The notes beneath the pieces are model-generated. The model was given only the letters and a program-made list of their open reading frames with translations. It searched no databases and was not told the DNA's origin. From Candidatus Bathyarchaeota archaeon (GTDB lineage: Archaea > Thermoproteota > Bathyarchaeia > 40CM-2-53-6), in the NCBI GenBank assembly GCA_963833125.1, contig CAWHWX010000034.1:32001-96000 (forward strand): a DNA stretch of 64,000 nt, read 5' to 3'. Shown here in pieces: positions 1 through 11,087 of the stretch (position 1 is its first letter; each line of letters starts with the position of its first letter). A program made the position numbers and the translations under genes.

Positions 1-70
1 TCGACTTCAGGGTGCTGAATGCTAGAATGCTATAACCCTCACGACATTAGCATACGTCATACTTCTTGCG

Positions 71-617
71 ATGATTACCGATCCATCGAATGATTCGCGA
101 CTCGGTAGGTTAGTGTCAGCTCCTATCATTGCGTACACTGCATTTTCATGGGTATCGCCGGGTCTCTTGATAAATGGAATCGCTTTGGCACTGATTCAGA
201 TCTTTCGCGGAAATTGGTACAAGACCCTGGCGGTGTTGCTCAGCATCACAGGCTTCCTTTGGTTTCTTGCCCAAGTGGGAGGATATATCCGTGGAGGCTC
301 GTTCTTGATGATTCCCCTCTATAACTACCCTTCAAGAACTCAACATGGACTGCTTAAACGCTCAGCAGATCATCGTCGCATCGGATCTCTCGGCACAGAT
401 CAGAGGGGTCCTCAGCGCGGTATTCGACTTTGCTACTGGTCCGTATGATTTGGCCGACACCGGGGGCGAGTATGAGAGCCATCGCAGATCACAAAAGAAA
501 GCCTTGAAACTTCCGATCTCTCAGGGACTAGGGAATAATCTCAGACAAAATCTGGCAGAAAGGTTGCAGCTTGTATCTTATGCTGAAGAGAACGCCAACT
601 GCTCCTACAGTTACTAA
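71..617 (+). pseudogene. Fragments of a probable membrane protein (3' part of a gene, interrupted)
   Basis: Hydrophobic ORF 71-448 overlaps ORF 345-617 in another frame; no recognisable family. Confidence 0.25.
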
Positions 618-851
618 ACGAAAACCGGATTCGTGGGAATTCGAACTTAATCTTTGAAATTGAAGATTCGAGATGCGGCCGAAGTAACCCACCCTTACAC
701 GAAGGTTGCTTCAGCCGATTTACGAAGAGGTTCTTTGAACGAGCATGATTCAGATTGGCCAATGCAATCAAAAGGGCGGATAAACGGCTAAGGGCAGCAA
801 AGGGGGTAAAGCATATAGGCTCACCGTACTGCCAGTCGTTCCGATATTGGA

Positions 852-2473
852 ATGGATAATGCGAAAGCGTTACCAATTCTGAAAATGGTAATTCTGGTAG
901 CGCCGTCCTTGGCGCTTCTCTGGCTGATTAAGGCATTCGGTGTGAATTCCATAAAAGCAGATGATTGGGATATGGTGGGCGTATATGAGAAGGCCGTTGC
1001 TGGAACGATTCATCTATCTGGTCTGTTTATGCAACATAACGAGCACAGATTATTCTTCCCTAGGATAGCAATGCTCGCCTTAGAACTACCTACACACTTC
1101 AGTAGCCTACCGGTAATGGTCTTCAGTTAGCTCTTTGCGATTGGAACCGTTAAAATCATCTTCTACACTTTCCTCCGGAAATTTGAGGTTAAGAGCCTAC
1201 AACAATTAGCATTTTTTATCCCAGTCTCGCTTTTGATTTTTAGTTTCAGACAATTTGAAGCGGTTCTTGGCTGGTTCAATTGCCAATGGTATTTGTTGGC
1301 CTTCGGTGTAGTCGCAGCACTCTGCCTCCTGGAGAAGAGCAAATCTACAGATCGTTGGTTCGGCCTCTCGCTTCTTAGCGCAATTCTCGCCTCCTTTTCG
1401 ATGTTGCTAGGATTGCTCGTCTGGCCAGCAGGTCTTCTCCAACTACTTCTCGCTTCCAAATGGATTCAATGGAAATGGCGGATAGCCATTTGGTCAATAA
1501 CTGGATTGGCCGTGATCGGACTGTACCTCCACGGGTTCGAACCTCCCCCGCCGGGCAATACTTTGAGTTCCCGAGGCTTCCTGAGCACTGGTGCCTATGC
1601 CCTGGCTTGGATCGGCGGACCCTTTGTACTGGAAACCAGCATATCTCGCGCTACAGTTGGAGCTGTAATTTGCCTCATAGGAATCATTGTTACTCTACAA
1701 GCATATCGACTAAAATTGATTGGAAAAAATAGAGTGTGGATATCAATGATGGTGTACGCAGCGCTGGCTGCGGTCGTTACGGGCTTTGGGAGGGCTGGTC
1801 TTGAATGGGGGGAAGCTCTGGTCTCAAGGTATACTGTTTGTTCAGTAATAGGGATCATTGGGTTGTATTTGTTTGCAAAATCAGTGTCCGATAAGAAAAA
1901 TGGAAACGGAAGATGGAGTTTCGGTTTCCATAGCGTGTTGCGCTTAATGATCTCTTTGCTTGTATCTACTGGTGCTGGTCTTTATGCGGCGCAGAAGTTG
2001 AAGAACGATGACGAGATCAGCGCGTACGTTTTACGCACTTACGGGATGCAATCCGAGCGAATTTAGTCCGGCTCTTGTATGCGGACCCTGTTTTGGTGCG
2101 TGAAGACTCGAATTTCTTGGAAAGCCACAGTTTAAACGTGTTCAGCGAGCCTTCATTCAACCCTTACGGTCAGGCTGTGGGCCAAGCGGGAAACGATACT
2201 CTGTTTGATTTTGAGATCAGTGGTGTGTCAACGTCACATGGTTGTGTGGAGATCAACTCGAGCGCAGTTGACACAATAACGATAACTGGTTGGGCAATAG
2301 ATTCTAGAGCCAGCATGGTGGCAGGTGCCGTTTTCATCACAGTTGATGGAAACATGCAGATACCGACTGTTTATGGGCTGAGTCAACAAGATGTAGCTTG
2401 TCACTCTTGGCAACAAGTATCTCCAATCTGGGTTTATTGCGATGTTCTCGTCGCATTTGCTTGCTCCAGGTGA
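852..2473 (+). pseudogene. Multi-pass membrane protein (GT-C/glycan-modification-like), interrupted
   Basis: DDWD...QHNEHRLFFPR N-terminal motif and many TM helices. In-frame TAG at 1128-1130 reads through to ORF 1233-2066; frameshift near 2057; C-terminal GWAID extracellular domain. Confidence 0.55.
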
Positions 2474-2859
2474 ACATCATCTCACGCTCACGGTCGTAGG
2501 CGCTACGTTTGGCTATGTCTACTTCCCACTCGGAGACGTATGTATAGCGATAATCTAGAGCTCGAAGTATGGATTCGAGTCATCGAAACATCCCTTATGT
2601 TCTGCTGATCCATTTCTTCGCCTCCTGTGATAATGGCACGGATTGGCATGTGTGTTGCCCACTTGGCCCCGCTGTGCCTTCCTGCAAACAAATTGCTCCG
2701 GTGTGATTAACAAATGTTCGAATCGACCAGCCGGCACAACTTATGGCAATGAAATAGTTCATGTTCTCAATAACAGAAGGAGTGAAGAAGGGTGGGGAAG
2801 AGTGTCAGAAAAGAACTTGCAGGGCGATTACTTAATGGACAACCCGTTACCAAGAGGGC

Positions 2860-3654
2860 GTGTTAAAAAACATGCGCTCACGAATAGAAAAAGGCTTGCG
2901 TATCCTTCGCTATTACTCGAAGCCGGTCAACATGATCATGAAGCTACTAAACCGAAGTGGCTATTATGTCTACTATGTGAAACTGACTGACTACGACATC
3001 CCGAAATCTGCCAAGTTCCCCCTTAAGACTTATGGGCACTCAAGCTGGCTACGAATCCCCATGTACAATCTGATCGATAACTACCTCAGGGCAAATACGA
3101 ACCTGTCAAGCGGGCGAGGAAAAAGTTTCATCGAACTCGGTGGCAGCGAGGGGACCATGCGATCTATAATTGAAGAATTGGGGTATAGGGTTGAAGTCGC
3201 AGGCAATTATCCCGCAGTGGACATCCACCAACTACCCTACGATGATGAAGCATTTGACGGGGTCATACTCGATCAAGTGCTAGAGCACGTGGCTCGCCCA
3301 TGGGTCGCGGTAGACGAGGTGTGGAGAATCCTGAAAACCGGCGGATTCGCAGTCGCTACAGTTCCGTTCTTACTCCAATATCATGCGGATACCGGTTGGA
3401 AGGACTACTGGAGGATCACGCCAGACGGACTTAGCGCATTGTTCGAAGACTTTGAGATTCTCACCAGTGCAGGGTGGGGTAACGCCGACGCTGTTAGGGC
3501 CATGTACGATCATGACGTCATTTCAATCCACAATACCCCGATACAAGTCGCCTCTGAGAAAGAATTATTCTCGAAGCCAAACGACGGACTGAACTTCATC
3601 ATGACCTGGATTATCGCAAGAAAGACTCATCTGGGCAACAGAACGCGCAACTAA
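2860..3654 (+). CDS. Class I SAM-dependent methyltransferase (glycan locus)
   Basis: ELGG motif, FDGVILDQVLEHV, LKTGG, DYWR. Confidence 0.8.
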   Translation: MLKNMRSRIEKGLRILRYYSKPVNMIMKLLNRSGYYVYYVKLTDYDIPKSAKFPLKTYGHSSWLRIPMYNLIDNYLRANTNLSSGRGKSFIELGGSEGTMRSIIEELGYRVEVAGNYPAVDIHQLPYDDEAFDGVILDQVLEHVARPWVAVDEVWRILKTGGFAVATVPFLLQYHADTGWKDYWRITPDGLSALFEDFEILTSAGWGNADAVRAMYDHDVISIHNTPIQVASEKELFSKPNDGLNFIMTWIIARKTHLGNRTRN

Positions 3655-3725
3655 GAGAATGCACGTGACAAACCGAACGCGCCCGGTGTATCGATTTGCT
3701 GATTGTGCAAAGTCGACCATCGTGA

Positions 3726-4868
3726 TTGTCTGTGATTCATTGGATTCGATTTCCGAAAAGATATGCGCACACGAGGGTAGGGAAAATTTACGGAAAACTG
3801 AGTGACGCGCTTGTTAGAATCCATCAAAGAAAGTTGATGATGGAAAACTACGATTCCGAAATACGAAATCTGATTATATTCCTTAGTCCCGGCACCAATT
3901 ATGTCAGGGGCGGGGTTATATCAATAACATCAATCTTCAATGAAACGATGAGACTTCGGAGTCAGATTGACGCTGACACAATAATGTGCATCGTGCCCGG
4001 AGATCCACCTCTAACACGTTATTCGAAGTTCGATAACCAAAATTTCTTGTGCGATCTTTTCCAGGTACTGTCGTACTTTACGAGATTGGAGCGTGTGATG
4101 ATACATGTTCCAGAATACACTGTGGGCAAAGTTGCTGATACGGTTGCAGGGAAATTGGCGCTGAGGTTACAGAAAATTGCCGATGTTCATTTCAACATTC
4201 TCCTACAAAATAAATGGTTCATCCCAACCAGGAAGGATGTGGATTCCCTAAGGCAATTTGGTAAAGTAACCTGCACGATCGCCCATAGGAGCTATTCCGA
4301 CTATGCAGAGAACCTCCTGGGGATCCACCCACGGTATATCTCATGGTACGTATCGTTGCAGGACTACGAGAGACTAAGCTATCAAGAAAAATCGAGTGTC
4401 CTCATAGTCTCCGATGATTTACACCCTCGGAAAGAGGAAGTACTACACGTTCTTAGGTCGACGATACCCGACTTGGAAGTACGGCTTGTGAAGAATATGC
4501 ATTACAGTGACTACAAAAAACTTGCCGCATCGGCGAAGTGGGCCTTAACCTTCGGAGAGGGATTGGACGGCTATTTTCTTGAGACCGTTTTCAGCGGCGG
4601 CGTCAGCTTCGCGGTCTACAACTCTGAATTCTTTACAGAGGATTTCAAGGGATTGAGAACTGTGTATGAAAGTTGGGATTCACTGATCAGCCATATATGC
4701 GAAGACATAAAAGAATTGGACCAGCCAAGTCAGTACTCTTCGTACAACAGAGAATTATACGAAGTCTGCAACACCTACTATAACCCTCAAACATACAGGA
4801 AAGGCATTCAGGAATTTTACGACACAGAATGGAACGTGTCGAATAAACCCAAGACTCATTCTGATTGA
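3726..4868 (+). CDS. Hypothetical glycosyltransferase-like protein
   Basis: 380-aa ORF in glycan cluster with GGVISI and FGEGLDGYFLE (GT-B-like E-x7-E) motifs. Confidence 0.55.
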   Translation: MSVIHWIRFPKRYAHTRVGKIYGKLSDALVRIHQRKLMMENYDSEIRNLIIFLSPGTNYVRGGVISITSIFNETMRLRSQIDADTIMCIVPGDPPLTRYSKFDNQNFLCDLFQVLSYFTRLERVMIHVPEYTVGKVADTVAGKLALRLQKIADVHFNILLQNKWFIPTRKDVDSLRQFGKVTCTIAHRSYSDYAENLLGIHPRYISWYVSLQDYERLSYQEKSSVLIVSDDLHPRKEEVLHVLRSTIPDLEVRLVKNMHYSDYKKLAASAKWALTFGEGLDGYFLETVFSGGVSFAVYNSEFFTEDFKGLRTVYESWDSLISHICEDIKELDQPSQYSSYNRELYEVCNTYYNPQTYRKGIQEFYDTEWNVSNKPKTHSD

Positions 4869-4995
4869 TTTCTTGTGTGCCAGTGGTGCATCGCCGCGCA
4901 CTGGATAGCATAATAAAGGTCAATGCAGAATTGGACTCGACGTTGCCCACCTCGTAAAGCACCGTCTATCATGGCGCGGGCATGGTGATATAGAC

Positions 4996-5943
4996 TTGAA
5001 TGTTCTGATGACCGGAGGTTTTGGCTTCATAGGAAAGCACGTGATCAGAGCCATTAGAGACCTGGATGAGTCGCATACCCTAACCGTATTCTCTGGTCCT
5101 CAAACAGCTGAGACAAACGCGAACTTTGCGAAGGAGTATGATCTCAAAGTTATCACCGGAGATGTAAGAGATGCCAAAGGCGTTATGGAGGCCTTTGCTT
5201 CCGAACCGCCTAATGTGGCGTTACACCTTGCCGCACTAACAGGCGTGGAAAAATGCCACCGCGATCCTTCTCTTGCCTTTTCAGTCAATGTATACGGTAG
5301 CTACAATGTCATAATGGGATCGGCAACTGCTGGCGCCAAGCTAGTTTTCATTTCGTCACGGGAGGTTTACGGAGAGGGGGCTTTACCGCGAGCATCAGAG
5401 GACAGTCCACTTGCTCCGAATAATCTCTATGGCATGACTAAGGAGCTTGGAGAGAGAATGGTAAAGTGGGGGCACCTCAAGTTTGGTCTACGATATTCAG
5501 TTCTGAGGTTGACAAATGTCTATGGTCCTGAAGGGGGATCATACAACATTCAGGCAATGATCAGGAGCGCGTTTCAAGATGGTGAGATTCCACTCCGCGG
5601 AGGAGCTCAATTAATGAACTTAGTATACGTAGATGATGTGGCCACCGCTATTGTAAGGTGCTTAACGGATTCGAGGACAACAAATGAGACATTCAATATT
5701 GGATCCGATCAGGATTTACCGGTCCTCGAAATTGTTGACGAACTGATATCGGAGTTGGAAATGCCGGTGGTAATCCGAAGGAGGCCAATGCGTAAAGGAG
5801 AGACGCTGAATTTTCACCCTGACCTAGCAAAGATGAAAGAATACTTTGACGGCCTCCCAAAGACGCAACTTAAAGAGGGCCTGCGAAAGACGATCGCGTG
5901 GTACAAAGCTCAGATCAAAGATGCCTCTCAGGATGACCGTTGA
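4996..5943 (+). CDS. NAD-dependent nucleotide-sugar epimerase/dehydratase
   Basis: TGGFGFIG, HLAA, SSREVYG, YGMTK (YxxxK), NVYGP. Confidence 0.93.
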   Translation: MNVLMTGGFGFIGKHVIRAIRDLDESHTLTVFSGPQTAETNANFAKEYDLKVITGDVRDAKGVMEAFASEPPNVALHLAALTGVEKCHRDPSLAFSVNVYGSYNVIMGSATAGAKLVFISSREVYGEGALPRASEDSPLAPNNLYGMTKELGERMVKWGHLKFGLRYSVLRLTNVYGPEGGSYNIQAMIRSAFQDGEIPLRGGAQLMNLVYVDDVATAIVRCLTDSRTTNETFNIGSDQDLPVLEIVDELISELEMPVVIRRRPMRKGETLNFHPDLAKMKEYFDGLPKTQLKEGLRKTIAWYKAQIKDASQDDR

Positions 5944-6036
5944 ACGTCAAGCTGCAAACCATACTGGAAACCCGATAACGAGTAACAGGTAGTCAAAAGC
6001 TCAACGCAAAACTTGTGATGCTCAACAATGTTTTCT

Positions 6037-6534
6037 TCAGAAGTTTGCGTTTCTTCTGGGCTCTCCAACGTACCCACCTTTGAGGAGTGTTAGCAGCATA
6101 TTCTCCAGTCCCTCAATCTCCTCTTTCTCCCGCCCCTTCAGGAGCCCGTTGGTTTCCGCTAGCCTTCTCAAGATTCTAAGTTGGATGAGCATCATTGGTG
6201 TAGAAAGCACCGCCTCTTTGCCAGGCATCATTTTGTAGTTGTACGGGTTGGCTTCCACGGAGATGTCGGTTTCGCTACTAAACAGGTGGCTGCGTTTGAG
6301 GTGTATCCATCCAACTCCAACAGAAAGTGGCACCCCCACAACTGTCGCCAGCACTGCAAACATCTCAAATTTCGGAAAAATGTCGAGCAACGAAGGGATG
6401 TTCTTGATGGCTAGGTAGTAAACTGTTATGAGGGTTGACACGTATCCTAAGATAAATGTCAAGTACGTAGCGTAGCCTAACCTGAAGTAGTACCAGGATC
6501 GATACGCTAACCTCGCCAAGATTTTGGAATTCAA
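6037..6534 (-). CDS. Small membrane protein, unknown function
   Basis: 165 aa with two TM helices. Confidence 0.7.
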   Translation of the reverse strand: MNSKILARLAYRSWYYFRLGYATYLTFILGYVSTLITVYYLAIKNIPSLLDIFPKFEMFAVLATVVGVPLSVGVGWIHLKRSHLFSSETDISVEANPYNYKMMPGKEAVLSTPMMLIQLRILRRLAETNGLLKGREKEEIEGLENMLLTLLKGGYVGEPRRNANF

Positions 6535-6751
6535 TTATGATCTTGGATAAGAGTTGCACACGCAATAGATAAGGCGTCTTACGAAAATAGTAAGGATTAG
6601 TCACAACAACCCGCTTGGATGTCAATGCGATTATTGGAAAGAGTAATTCACGTCCAGGCTATCTATTCGCCCTAGGCTGGTTATCATAGCGAAAGCGATT
6701 TTCCCAAAGACGGTTAACCACAACATAATCGGTTAGGTGTAATTCAATGAC

Positions 6752-7561
6752 TTAATTGCTTCTCGCTATCTCGCCGCTTAGCCATCCCTGGAGGATTTGA
6801 ACTCTCAAGTATGGGTAGGCAAAGAAGGCGGCCGGAGCACCGTGTTTCAATGCAAGCTTCAACCCGGACGCCGGGCTCATCAGCGTGAGACGCAGCACGT
6901 ACGATGTAGGGTAGGCCCAACGCTTACAAGTGCACATACGGTGAAGCCTCGACCGATGCGCAGCCTCTTGCATAACGCCCGACCGAACATGCTCCGAAAC
7001 AACGCTGGAGTCCACGATCCACCTATAGCCTTCAGCTTCGAGGTTCCGTTTAAGCCATGAATCGGTACAGACTACGCAGGTATCCGGGAACCCTCCCACA
7101 CGCCGGATAATGTCTGTTCTGTAGATGTTATTGTCGATACTGTAGTCCACATTATCAGCAAGTATTGCACGCAGGGTTCGGTTCGTTGGGATCCTCCAAC
7201 CCTGCGCAACCGCAACATTTGGGTCGTCTAGGATATGCCTCCAAATCTTGGGCCACCAATCGTTTGCCAGAAGAACATCATGCTCAATAGAAATGAAGAA
7301 GGGCGTGGACACGTGACTCAACGCCTCGTTAGCTCCGCTCGCGACGCCAGACCTGGGGTTCTCGAAAACGCGCCACCCATGGCTCTTCGCAATTTGGGTA
7401 GTGTTATCTGAGCTGTGGTCGTCAACGAGGATTTTCTTTCCGATCACTTCTGCCGGAACAACCTCCTCGAAACGTTGAAGAGTTCGGGGAAGCAGCTTTG
7501 CGCTGTTTTTCGTCCAGAGACACACGTCCAGTCTATCCGTCACTAATTTCACTGGTTTCAA
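6752..7561 (-). CDS. Glycosyltransferase family 2
   Basis: TKNS, LVDDHSSDNT, ANEAL, EHD (DxD-like), VGGF. Confidence 0.88.
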   Translation of the reverse strand: MKPVKLVTDRLDVCLWTKNSAKLLPRTLQRFEEVVPAEVIGKKILVDDHSSDNTTQIAKSHGWRVFENPRSGVASGANEALSHVSTPFFISIEHDVLLANDWWPKIWRHILDDPNVAVAQGWRIPTNRTLRAILADNVDYSIDNNIYRTDIIRRVGGFPDTCVVCTDSWLKRNLEAEGYRWIVDSSVVSEHVRSGVMQEAAHRSRLHRMCTCKRWAYPTSYVLRLTLMSPASGLKLALKHGAPAAFFAYPYLRVQILQGWLSGEIARSN

Positions 7562-7598
7562 ATACTCGACGGTCGTTAATTAGTGGATTTCTCTGTTT

Positions 7599-8456
7599 AT
7601 GATCAATGAATCGGAGGAGTTTGGTGAAATGAGGCGCCTCAACGGGCTCAGAGTCTTGGTTGTTGGGGCTGGTTCGCCCAACGCGGATATGGTTGCTGAG
7701 GTTCTCCGATCGAACGGAGTTGATGCCAAATGGACCGACCGTGTCAAAATGCCGAATCTGAAACTCATATGGGATTCTGACATTGTGTATGGGATTTACC
7801 TGCAGACGTGCAGCCGTTACATAATCGCTGCCAAGTTTCTTGGCAAAAGGACCATTTTACACTTTGTGGGCAGCGACGCCTACCGATTCGCGAGGGAGAA
7901 GGCTATTCACAAGCAAGTCTTCTGGCGGCTTGTGCTTTTGCTAACGGACTTGATTTTCTATGTATCGCCGCACTTGACTGAGCTCACTAATCGCAAAGGT
8001 GTTATCCTACCCTTTCCGATCTCAACGGAAAGTTTCAAGGATCCCGCACTCCGCCGAATTGAACCCGACCGAGATGTCCTCTACTACTGCCCAGGAGGGC
8101 CAACGAATGAAGCGATTTACCGCCTACCCTGGATCCTTGAATATGCGCGGACGCATCCGGACGAGAGCGTTACAATAATTGGCAGCGAGGCGCATCCTGC
8201 GAACTATCGTGTTGACGAATCGAACGTATCGGTGATTCCCTTTGTTGCGCCTTCTCAAATGCCTTTGCTTTACAGAAAACATAGGAAGTTGATGAGGATG
8301 ACCACGGAAGACGGCTTGCCTCGAATGATTCATGAAGCCCTTCTATGTGGTCTTAAGGTCATCTATAATGGGGAGGACGTTACTGGGATTCCTGCCGAAC
8401 GAGACCCCATCAAATTCACGGCGAAGTTTGTTCAGGCAATTGGTGCAATCGACTAA
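7599..8456 (+). CDS. Glycosyltransferase (GT-B/GT4-like); start may be 7629
   Basis: HFVGSD, YVSPHL, DGLPRMIHEALLCG (D/E-x7-E). Confidence 0.7.
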   Translation: MINESEEFGEMRRLNGLRVLVVGAGSPNADMVAEVLRSNGVDAKWTDRVKMPNLKLIWDSDIVYGIYLQTCSRYIIAAKFLGKRTILHFVGSDAYRFAREKAIHKQVFWRLVLLLTDLIFYVSPHLTELTNRKGVILPFPISTESFKDPALRRIEPDRDVLYYCPGGPTNEAIYRLPWILEYARTHPDESVTIIGSEAHPANYRVDESNVSVIPFVAPSQMPLLYRKHRKLMRMTTEDGLPRMIHEALLCGLKVIYNGEDVTGIPAERDPIKFTAKFVQAIGAID

Positions 8457-8630
8457 CCCATCAATGCGTAGCTGGCTATCGCGTTAGCAAGCTTGCTAGG
8501 ACGCTACTCGCAAGTCCTTCAACGTGAGGTTGATACTGATCGTACCTCTGATGGACGCGCAACACGTTGCTGACCCCCACACTCTGCATGATATCCGCGC
8601 CTCAGCTCCAACATCGAACAACCAATGTTG

Positions 8631-9989
8631 TTAGGAAGATTTCTTGTTGAGCCAATTTCTGTCCCCTGCGATCAGGTATTTTGGTCCTGTTGAAGGCCAA
8701 CTGAAATTTTTCCATGTCTCTTCCAAGTTGTCCATGATGAGTTTACATTTGCCCAAGTATTGCTTTAGTTGAGATTCAGGGACGGCTCGGTAAAGTCTAT
8801 GGCCTGCCACTATGACGATACAATCGAATTCGGAAAGTCCTTCGGGAAAAGAATATGTGTCCGCGCCGGTTATCTTCTTAATCTCGTCCGCGGTGTAGTA
8901 TGGGTCGTTTATTTTGACATGCAACCCTCGATCCATCAACCGCTTCGACATCCTTAGGGTTGGGCTAAGTACGTGAACCTTCAAATCGCCCTTGTATGAT
9001 AATCCCAGAATTCCAACCGTCTTGAATCCGCTATCCGCGATCCTATCAGCTATTACGGACGGGAGGTTGGTGTCTGTCGAAATTGTGTCCCTGAGAAGAG
9101 TCAGATATTCTGGCTTCTCGGCTCCCTCCAAGACATACTTGGAACTTAGGGGAATGCAATAGCCACCGCTTCCGAAGCTCGGATGATAAACGTTCAAATT
9201 CCATTTGGTGCCGACCAGCTTGAGGACTTCAACCATGTTGAGGCTTGGATAGGCCAGGCTCAGCTGATTTGCGAGCGTAATGTCCACATGTCTGAACACG
9301 TTCTCGACGCTTTTCACTATCTCGGCATGTCTATGATCGGGAGCTGGAATAAGTTTCTCACAAACGATGCTCAGCACTTCGATCATGAGCCTTGTCGTTT
9401 CAGGCGTTGTTCCGCCTACAATCCTTGGTAAGGTTCGTAGGTTCTTCTCCGGGCTGATGAACCAGTCGCGTCGGGGAGCTACCCCTAGCAGTACATCTTT
9501 GCCGACGTGAAGTTTCTGTTTCTCAAAGATGGGGATGACGAGTTCATCAGTCTTGTTCGGGGTTAAGGTTGACTCTATAATGACGAGCGGATGCCCTCTT
9601 GACGTTCGGAGGTACGCTGCGATTTTATTCATTACGTCCTTCAGCGCCCCGTCCCACGGTTCCGCCCCTCTCTCTGTTGGGATAGCAATCATGTGAACTT
9701 CAAAGCTAGGGGTAAGGACCTCCTTCCAGTCGGACGTTGCGCTGATCAATCCCGCTTCTACGAGGTATTTGGTGTCGAACCCCAGCCAGTACTCCATGTT
9801 CGGCATAGGGGTCTTGCCAGCGTTTATCGTCGAAACAAGCTGTTCCGAGATGTCGATGCCTAGGCATGTTACACCCTGTGCTGCAAAATTTGCCATCGTC
9901 GAAAAACCGATGTAGCCAGTTCCCCATACGGCGATTCTCTTCTTCCCGGCAAGCAGTTGTCTGCGCAATTTTGGTGCTCGCATGGGCAT
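8631..9989 (-). CDS. Nucleotide-sugar dehydrogenase (UDP-GlcNAc/ManNAc type)
   Basis: WGTGYIG, IIEST, KSVEN, GSGGYCIP catalytic Cys, LGLSYK. Confidence 0.92.
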   Translation of the reverse strand: MPMRAPKLRRQLLAGKKRIAVWGTGYIGFSTMANFAAQGVTCLGIDISEQLVSTINAGKTPMPNMEYWLGFDTKYLVEAGLISATSDWKEVLTPSFEVHMIAIPTERGAEPWDGALKDVMNKIAAYLRTSRGHPLVIIESTLTPNKTDELVIPIFEKQKLHVGKDVLLGVAPRRDWFISPEKNLRTLPRIVGGTTPETTRLMIEVLSIVCEKLIPAPDHRHAEIVKSVENVFRHVDITLANQLSLAYPSLNMVEVLKLVGTKWNLNVYHPSFGSGGYCIPLSSKYVLEGAEKPEYLTLLRDTISTDTNLPSVIADRIADSGFKTVGILGLSYKGDLKVHVLSPTLRMSKRLMDRGLHVKINDPYYTADEIKKITGADTYSFPEGLSEFDCIVIVAGHRLYRAVPESQLKQYLGKCKLIMDNLEETWKNFSWPSTGPKYLIAGDRNWLNKKSS

Positions 9990-10199
9990 TCGGCGGGACA
10001 GTATGTGAGAAGCTGAATTAACCGTTGCGCAAGACCCGAGCACATTTCAGCGGATTTCTGAATTTCTAGGATGTGGGATGTGTACCGGAAAGTCGGGGCC
10101 TCGCGTCAATGTGGGCTGGCGCGATCTCGGGCTTGTTCGATAACTGGGCGAGAATTGCATACAATTCCTTGCTGCCTAACATGGGCCGACGGTTGCACC

Positions 10200-10925
10200 T
10201 CAGATAGTGTCGAATGGCGCTCTCGATGTTTCAATCAGGGAGCGTGCTTCTTCGAGGTTCTTGAAAGTGCCAATGTCGTAGTGCCTCTTGCTCGTTAGAT
10301 ATGCGAATACAGGTTTCCCTGCAGTGAGAAGCTGTGGAACAACTTCATTGGAGATGTCGGTATTTGGTTTGCAATATGGGAGTACATCTTTTTCGCAGAT
10401 TAGGATACCCATGCTGACGGGATATTCCTTGAGGATCGGTTTCTCTTCGAAATAGGTGACTCTTCCATCCCCCGCGACTTTAGCAACTCCATACTCCATA
10501 GGGACAGAGGTGCTCATCGCAATCGTGCAAGTTGCTCTTTTGCTCTCGTGGAACCGTATCATATCCCCTAGATTCATGTCGGTAAGAACATCTCCATAAT
10601 AGACTAGGAATCTATCGCCGAGAAGTTTCGATGCTGCGCCGAGTGCGCCCGCTGTTCCAATCCGTTCAGCCACAGAGTATTCGATGTTGACCCCAAATCG
10701 TTTTCCGTCGCCAAGGTGATTTCTTAGTAAATCCGACTCTTTCTCAGAAATCAACATCACAATATCGAGAACCTTGTAATGCTTCAGATACTCCAAAATG
10801 TGTTCGATAACATAGCGGCTACCGATTGGAATCAACGACTTCGGAACGTAGGCGGTGAGAGGATAAAGCCGTGTCCCAGCGCCGCCGGCAAGAATGGCCG
10901 CCTTCAACGAGAAGTCTCCAGTCAA
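10200..10925 (-). CDS. Sugar-phosphate nucleotidyltransferase
   Basis: ILAGGAGTRLYPLT..PK, GTAGAL, FEEKP, DIGT. Confidence 0.92.
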   Translation of the reverse strand: MTGDFSLKAAILAGGAGTRLYPLTAYVPKSLIPIGSRYVIEHILEYLKHYKVLDIVMLISEKESDLLRNHLGDGKRFGVNIEYSVAERIGTAGALGAASKLLGDRFLVYYGDVLTDMNLGDMIRFHESKRATCTIAMSTSVPMEYGVAKVAGDGRVTYFEEKPILKEYPVSMGILICEKDVLPYCKPNTDISNEVVPQLLTAGKPVFAYLTSKRHYDIGTFKNLEEARSLIETSRAPFDTI

Positions 10926-11087
10926 TTTCAGGCACGTGGGGCGTCAAGTAAAAAGTCTTTCATCGAAGGTCAACGGCCCAACGATTCTGCTCGCAGAGAG
11001 TAAAGGTGAAGAATGTGCTCAAGGCGGATTCCGCTTATTAGGAGACTTATCCGGAGCGCTAGGTTGCCGCAAGCGGGGTTGTAGTTA

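Noticed and set aside
1128-1130. In-frame TAG in a membrane-protein gene as possible pyrrolysine or recoding site
   Set aside because: It falls where Trp (TGG) is plausible, the same gene has a frameshift, no pyl genes are in the window, and TAG ends many normal genes here
8460-8630. Possible C/D box sRNA between convergent genes
   Set aside because: CTGA motifs are present but there is no proper RTGATGA box; the hairpins fit a terminator region
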